From the NCBI GenBank assembly GCA_049643885.1, contig JBARQV010000015.1, forward strand, positions 11,430 through 75,429: a stretch of 64,000 nucleotides of DNA, written 5' to 3'. Both the position numbers and the translations under genes were made by a program. The notes beneath the pieces were generated by a model that worked only from the letters and a program-made list of their open reading frames with translations, ran no database searches and was not told the DNA's origin. Below, one piece after another: positions 58,750-64,000 of this stretch (its first letter is position 1; each line of letters starts with the position of its first letter). The DNA comes from Candidatus Omnitrophota bacterium. Its GTDB lineage: Bacteria; Omnitrophota; Gorgyraeia; Tantalellales; Tantalellaceae.

Positions 58750-59443
58750 CATCGGTTTTTTTAGGAGCATAAATATTGCGCTCGAGGGCATCGTGCATAC
58801 CCTCAGGCACGAGAGGAACATGCGGCTGCATTTTATCGTCGGGTTTCTGGTCCTTATAGGCGGCATTTACCTGGACCTGAGCAGCCTGGAGTTCATGTTT
58901 CTTTGTTTTGCAGTGACTTTTGTCCTTTTCGCGGAGATGATCAATACGGTCGTGGAATATTCTATAGATCTCATAAACGATGAATATCATCCGCTGGCTA
59001 AGGTGATCAAGGATATCGCCGCGGGCGCGGTCTTTGTAAGTGCGGTCAACGCCGCGATCATTGGTTATATTCTTTTTGTAAAACGCCTTCAGGTGACTAT
59101 CAGCAAGGAGTCCCTTTTAAGGATCAAGCAGTCTCCCTGGCATATAACCCTGATAGCGCTGATAGTGATAGCCGGCCTGGTAATATTTATAAAGGTGATA
59201 CGCCACGAGCGGCCCCTCTTGCGGGGAGGAATGCCAAGCGGCCATTCCGCGATAGCTTTTTCCGTCTGGGTCGCGGTATCGCTGGTCACGTTGAACGCCC
59301 TGGCCAGTGTGCTTACGCTATTTTTGGCGGTCTTTGTCGCCAGAAGCCGTATGACGAATAACATCCATACTTTTTGGGAGGTTTTTCTGGGGAGCGCGAT
59401 CGGAGCGCTGGTCACTCTGATCGTGTTCCAGGTGCTTTCTTAG
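58715..59443 (+). CDS. dgkA: Fusion of diacylglycerol/undecaprenol kinase (DgkA) with a PAP2-family phosphatase
   Basis: DgkA motif AEMINTVVEYSIDLI in the N-terminal half. PAP2 motifs KVIRHERP, PSGHS and SRMTNNIH in the C-terminal half. Confidence 0.75.
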   Translation: MDSSKKSKKPFSIGFFRSINIALEGIVHTLRHERNMRLHFIVGFLVLIGGIYLDLSSLEFMFLCFAVTFVLFAEMINTVVEYSIDLINDEYHPLAKVIKDIAAGAVFVSAVNAAIIGYILFVKRLQVTISKESLLRIKQSPWHITLIALIVIAGLVIFIKVIRHERPLLRGGMPSGHSAIAFSVWVAVSLVTLNALASVLTLFLAVFVARSRMTNNIHTFWEVFLGSAIGALVTLIVFQVLS

Positions 59444-59457
59444 AAGGAGCTAAAGAC

Positions 59458-60126
59458 ATGGGTTTTAAGAAGAGGATATTGAACGTTGTTTTAGTGAATT
59501 TTATAAACGGGATAGCTATACTTACACCGGTCGCGGTCACTGTGGCGATCATCAGGTTCTGTGTCATAAAATTGAACCAGATAGTCCTGAATCCGCTTCT
59601 GAGGCTGATTCACCCGGATATCACCGTTGAACAGAGGATGTTCCTGGCGCGGACCATTATCTTCCTTATGGTCATTCTTATCATCGCCTTGATCGGGTGG
59701 GCCGCGAAGATATTGGTCATCAACCGTTTTTTCTCCATGGGAGAACAGGCCCTGATCAAGAAGGTCCCCATAGTGGGCAGGATCTACAACGCGGTCAAAC
59801 AGATCTCTTCGGCTTTTTTGGGCCATGGAAAGACGATTTTCAAACAGGTGGTCCTGGTCGAATACCCGAGAAAAGGGATATATTCTCTGGGTTTTACGAC
59901 AGGTGTTTCCAAGGGGGAGATAAAGGACGCCATGAGGCGGAACTGTATCAACGTTTTTTTGCCCACGACACCGAACCCGACAAGCGGTTTTTTTCTCGTC
60001 ATACCAAAGGAAGAGATCAAGTTCATGAAAATGAGCGTGGAGGAGGGGATGAAACTCGTTGTTTCGGGCGGATCGGTAACGCCCCCGCACCTGGACAAAA
60101 ATCCGGACGAGGATGTAACGGAGTGA
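59458..60126 (+). CDS. DUF502-family membrane protein
   Basis: Two N-terminal TM helices followed by the conserved PxVGxIY region (KKVPIVGRIYNAVKQI). RBS AAGGAG. Confidence 0.7.
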   Translation: MGFKKRILNVVLVNFINGIAILTPVAVTVAIIRFCVIKLNQIVLNPLLRLIHPDITVEQRMFLARTIIFLMVILIIALIGWAAKILVINRFFSMGEQALIKKVPIVGRIYNAVKQISSAFLGHGKTIFKQVVLVEYPRKGIYSLGFTTGVSKGEIKDAMRRNCINVFLPTTPNPTSGFFLVIPKEEIKFMKMSVEEGMKLVVSGGSVTPPHLDKNPDEDVTE

Positions 60127-60127
60127 A

Positions 60128-60895
60128 ATGGCAGCGGCTCAAAATGCAGAAGGCATTATTCTGCGAAAATTCTTTTTACGCGAAACAAGTTATATCCTTG
60201 TTGTTTTTACCAGGGAATACGGTAAAATAAGGGGGGTTCTCAAGGGGGTCAGGTCTCCTTACCCGCAATTTGCCGGTAATTACGAGATATTCACGAAATG
60301 CCAGCTGCTCTTTTACAAAAAAAAGAAAAGCTCTCTGGACCTTATTACCCGCTGTGAAGCTCTTGATTTCTTCCTCCCGGTGAGAAAAGAAATTGAGAGG
60401 TTGACATATGCTAATTATTTTATAGAATTAGTAGACGTAGTTACCAGTGATTATGACGCGAATGAAGAACTTTACAAGTCACTGGTGGAAAGCCTCCAGC
60501 TGTTAGCTACTAAAGCCAGCGCCAAACGTGTCTCGAGGATATTCGAGCTGAAATTGCTGAAAGCGATCGGGATGGCCCCCCACCTGGAGGAGTGTGTTGC
60601 TTGCGGCGCTCCGGAACCGGACGGTTTTTGCTTCAGTGTGAAGGACGGGGGAGTGAAATGCAGGCAATGCGCGGAGGACGATGCCGCAAGCTTGAAAATA
60701 TCTCTGGGTACCGTGAATTTCATGCGCAAGGTGCTGGCCAGTCCGATGACCAGAATATCCCATGTCAAGGTCAGCAGGGGGGTCGGGAAGCAGACCGAGA
60801 GAATACTCGGAAAGTTCCTGCAATACCATGTGGGCAGGCCGATAAAGTCGCTTGATTTTTTAGGGCAACTGGAGCGGGCCGGAATAGTAAATTAG
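60128..60895 (+). CDS. recO: DNA repair protein RecO
   Basis: OB-fold N-terminus; C4 zinc finger CVACG...CRQC. Confidence 0.85.
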   Translation: MAAAQNAEGIILRKFFLRETSYILVVFTREYGKIRGVLKGVRSPYPQFAGNYEIFTKCQLLFYKKKKSSLDLITRCEALDFFLPVRKEIERLTYANYFIELVDVVTSDYDANEELYKSLVESLQLLATKASAKRVSRIFELKLLKAIGMAPHLEECVACGAPEPDGFCFSVKDGGVKCRQCAEDDAASLKISLGTVNFMRKVLASPMTRISHVKVSRGVGKQTERILGKFLQYHVGRPIKSLDFLGQLERAGIVN

Positions 60896-60905
60896 GACAA
60901 GGAAG

Positions 60906-62231
60906 ATGTCAGAAGAAAAAATAAACAATGTGGAACTGAAAGATATAGCTAACCTCTGCAAGAGGCGGGGCTACATATTCCAGGACAGCGAGATCTACGG
61001 CGGCATAGGAAGCGTCTGGGACTACGGGCCTCTCGGGATCGAACTCAAGAAAAGCGTCAAAGACTTGTGGTGGAAAAGGATGGTCTACGAGAGAGACGAC
61101 GTTGAAGGGCTGGACGCGGCCATTATAATGAACCCTGAAACATGGAAGGCCTCAGGCCACGTGACATCTTTCGCGGACATGCTGGTCGACTGTAAGGAAT
61201 GCAAGAAGAGGTTCAGGGTAGATAAGCTTAAAGGGAAAAAGTGCCCTGAATGCGGCGGGAATATCACTGAACCCAAAAGTTTCAATCTCATGTTCAAGAC
61301 ACAAGTGGGTTCGGTAGAAGGCAACCAGCAGGATGTCTACCTCAGACCTGAAACGGCCCAGGGTATTTTCGTGAATTTCGAGAACATCCTTAATACCAGC
61401 CGTCGAAAGCTTCCTTTCGGGGTGGCGCAGATCGGGAAAGCTTTCAGGAACGAGATCACTACCGGGAACTTCACCTTCAGGAGCCGCGAGTTCGAGCAGA
61501 TGGAACTGGAATATTTCGTAAAACCCGGCGAGGACGAAAAGTGGTACGAGTATTGGCTCCAGGAGCGGCTTGACTGGTACATTTCACTCGGTATCAGAAA
61601 AGAGAACCTTAAACTGCGAGAACACGAGAAGGAAGAGCTAGCGCATTACGCCAAGAAATGCCACGATATCGAGTATCTGTTCCCCATGGGATGGTCCGAA
61701 CTTGAGGGCATAGCGAACAGGACCGATTTTGACCTTAAGCAGCATTCAGCGATAAGCGGGCATGACTTGACATATTTTGACGATGGGACAGGCGAGCGTT
61801 ATATGCCTTACGTTATTGAACCTTCCGGCGGTATAGACAGGACTGTCCTGGCCCTTCTTGTCGACGCGTACCGGTCCGAAGTGGTAAAGGAACGCAAGCG
61901 GGTATTTCTCTCGCTGGACAAGCGCCTGGCACCCATAAAGGTAGCCGTTCTGCCTCTTTTAAAGAACAGGCCGGAAATAGTGGAGATGGCGCACAAGGTA
62001 CGCGACGATATCAAGGGCAATTACCGGGTCGTATATGACGATACGGCGGCGATCGGGCGTTTGTACCGCAGGCAGGACGAGATCGGTACCCCGTTTTGTG
62101 TTACCGTGGATGTCGATTCCCTGACTGACGGAAAAATAACCCTCCGGTACAGGGATACTATGGAACAGGACCGCGTAGACGCGTCGAAACTTAAGGAGCT
62201 TTTGAAAAAGAAATTAGAAATTGGAAATTAG
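60906..62231 (+). CDS. glyQS: Glycyl-tRNA synthetase, alpha2 dimeric type
   Basis: Class II core; YGGIGSVWDYGPLG; FRNEITTGNFTFRSREFEQMELE. Confidence 0.9.
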   Translation: MSEEKINNVELKDIANLCKRRGYIFQDSEIYGGIGSVWDYGPLGIELKKSVKDLWWKRMVYERDDVEGLDAAIIMNPETWKASGHVTSFADMLVDCKECKKRFRVDKLKGKKCPECGGNITEPKSFNLMFKTQVGSVEGNQQDVYLRPETAQGIFVNFENILNTSRRKLPFGVAQIGKAFRNEITTGNFTFRSREFEQMELEYFVKPGEDEKWYEYWLQERLDWYISLGIRKENLKLREHEKEELAHYAKKCHDIEYLFPMGWSELEGIANRTDFDLKQHSAISGHDLTYFDDGTGERYMPYVIEPSGGIDRTVLALLVDAYRSEVVKERKRVFLSLDKRLAPIKVAVLPLLKNRPEIVEMAHKVRDDIKGNYRVVYDDTAAIGRLYRRQDEIGTPFCVTVDVDSLTDGKITLRYRDTMEQDRVDASKLKELLKKKLEIGN

Positions 62232-62295
62232 CGCATAGCACAAAACAACTAATTCCCAATTACTAATAGCTAAAGAAGAGAGGAGCAAAGAGGAA

Positions 62296-64000
62296 ATGGC
62301 AAAAAGAACTGCAAAGAAAAAGACATCAAAGACGAGATCAAAAAAGAACGTTTATTTCTTCGGCGGAGGAAAGGCCGATGGCAAGTCGGAGATGAAAAAT
62401 CTTCTGGGCGGCAAAGGCGCTAATCTCGCGGAAATGGCCGGACATCCCAGTTTAAGAATGCCCGTACCTCCGGGGTTCACTATAACGACCGACGTCTGCA
62501 CCTTTTATTACAAATATAAGGGCAAATATTCTCCCGGGCTCAAGGAAGAGGTGAGCGCCGCTTTGAGGAAGGTCGAAAAGCTTATGGGTAAAAAGTTCGG
62601 GGACCCGGCCGATCCTCTTTTGGTCTCCGTGAGATCGGGCGCGAGACAGTCCATGCCCGGGATGATGGAGACGGTTCTTAACGTCGGGCTTACAAGCAAG
62701 ACCTTAAGGGGTCTGATCAAGAGATCCGGCAGCGAACGCTTCGCGTATGACGCGTACCGGAGGCTCATAACGATGTATTCGGACGTTGTGATGGAAAAAG
62801 CCGCGGGAATCTATCCGGAAGAAGGAAAGGGGATAAGGGCCCAGTTGGAGAGGCTCTTGGCGGAAAAGAAAAAGAAAAAAGGTGTAAAGCTGGATACCGA
62901 ACTTGATGCCGAGGACCTCCAGGATCTGTGTGAAAAGTATAAGAAAAAGGTAAAACAGGTTCTCGGAAAATCTTTCCCGGACGACGCTATGGAGCAGCTC
63001 TGGGGCGGAATAGGTGCTGTCTTCAAGTCATGGAACGGCAAGAGAGCTATTTCATACAGGCGTATAGAGAACATCCCGGATGAATGGGGGACTGCAGTTA
63101 ACGTCCAGACAATGGTGTTCGGGAACATGGGCGAAAATTCAGCTACCGGCGTCGCTTTTACCCGTAACCCGGGCAACGGCGATAATAAATTTTACGGAGA
63201 GTATCTGATAAACGCCCAGGGTGAGGACGTCGTCGCCGGGATACGGACGCCTGCCCCGATAAACAAGAATTCCCAGAGTGAACACAATATCCACGAGGTG
63301 ATGCTGAAAGATTTCAAGCCCAAGATCTACAAACAGCTTGATTCCATCCAGAAAAGGCTCGAGAAGCATTATCATGATATGCAGGATATCGAGTTCACTA
63401 TCGAGGATGTGCGCCTGTTCATGCTGCAGACCCGGACGGGTAAGCGCAACGGCCCGGCCGCGGTGAAAATGGCCGTAGACATGGTCAGGGAAGGACTGAT
63501 CAGCAAAAAAGAGGCGGTGATGAGAGTAAAACCTTCACAGCTTGATGAGCTTCTACACCCGATCATCGATCCGGATGCCGAAAAGAAAAGCAAGGTCCTG
63601 GCGAAGGGCCTTCCAGCCGGCCCCGGCGGGGCAAGCGGAATGGTGGTTTTTGACTCGGATACTTCCGTTGAATGGGCAGAAAAAGGCAAAAAATCCATCC
63701 TGGTCCGGGAAGAGACCAATCCCGAAGACGTGGAAGGCATGAGAGCCGCGCAGGCCATACTTACCGCTCGCGGCGGTATGACTTCCCATGCCGCACTGGT
63801 CGCCCGCGGCTGGGGAAAGTGCTGTATTGTCGGGTGCGGAGACTTGGATATCAATTACAGTAAAAAGACCGCAAAAATTGGAGATACGACACTAAAACAG
63901 GGTGATTGGATCACCCTTAACGGAACGAAAGGTCTTGTGTATTCCGGTGTGCTCCCTACGATGGATGCGACCAAGGAAAACAAGGTCATGAACGAATTCC
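62296..64000 (+). CDS. ppdK: Pyruvate, phosphate dikinase (5' part; continues beyond the window)
   Basis: GGKGANLAEM, PPGFTIT and TSHAALVARGWGKCCIVG (the catalytic His region). It carries an 18-aa basic N-terminal leader MAKRTAKKKTSKTRSKKN. Confidence 0.9.
   Translation, partial: MAKRTAKKKTSKTRSKKNVYFFGGGKADGKSEMKNLLGGKGANLAEMAGHPSLRMPVPPGFTITTDVCTFYYKYKGKYSPGLKEEVSAALRKVEKLMGKKFGDPADPLLVSVRSGARQSMPGMMETVLNVGLTSKTLRGLIKRSGSERFAYDAYRRLITMYSDVVMEKAAGIYPEEGKGIRAQLERLLAEKKKKKGVKLDTELDAEDLQDLCEKYKKKVKQVLGKSFPDDAMEQLWGGIGAVFKSWNGKRAISYRRIENIPDEWGTAVNVQTMVFGNMGENSATGVAFTRNPGNGDNKFYGEYLINAQGEDVVAGIRTPAPINKNSQSEHNIHEVMLKDFKPKIYKQLDSIQKRLEKHYHDMQDIEFTIEDVRLFMLQTRTGKRNGPAAVKMAVDMVREGLISKKEAVMRVKPSQLDELLHPIIDPDAEKKSKVLAKGLPAGPGGASGMVVFDSDTSVEWAEKGKKSILVREETNPEDVEGMRAAQAILTARGGMTSHAALVARGWGKCCIVGCGDLDINYSKKTAKIGDTTLKQGDWITLNGTKGLVYSGVLPTMDATKENKVMNEF

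Overview
This is a 64-kb bacterial chromosomal segment in which every confidently called gene (about 60) lies on the + strand. It reads as a chain of co-directional operons. A glycan/LPS-type cluster comes first (tandem GT2 paralogs, membrane proteins, GmhB, a GT28 lipid glycosyltransferase). Next are UDG, a standalone PilZ protein, priA-fmt and a GT4, then gap-pgk-tpiA-secG. An oppABCDF peptide ABC transporter follows, then leuCDB-asd-truA, three tiny translationally coupled ORFs and rplM-rpsI. A long biosynthetic run comes next: argCJBDFGH-lysA-dapFAB-dapL-folK-panC-nadA-nadX. After that are a Na/Pi cotransporter, an IMPDH-family protein, dnaE, hup, hisS-aspS, a lipoprotein, phoH, an HD membrane protein and ybeY. 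The window ends with a dgkA-PAP2 fusion, a DUF502 protein, recO, glyQS and the 5' part of ppdK. No tRNA, rRNA, CRISPR array, transposase, integrase or phage gene was recognised. The unusual content is non-coding or very small. (1) A roughly 50-bp double-hairpin repeat occurs four times between adjacent operon genes; in three copies its 3' AGAGG is the only plausible ribosome-binding site for the downstream gene. (2) A roughly 210-bp structured core element with co-varying terminal inverted repeats, plus an adjacent long palindromic module, occurs in three copies, none of them coding. (3) A tri-cistronic set of 56/50/56-aa AbrB/MazE-fold paralogs joined by ATGA overlaps sits between truA and rplM. 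(4) At least three more small inverted-repeat families or single elements lie in the intergenic spacers. Secondary curiosities are a lysine-rich tail on LeuD, a basic N-terminal leader on PPDK and a DgkA-PAP2 fusion. All calls come from reading the sequence and ORF translations by eye; no database search was run.
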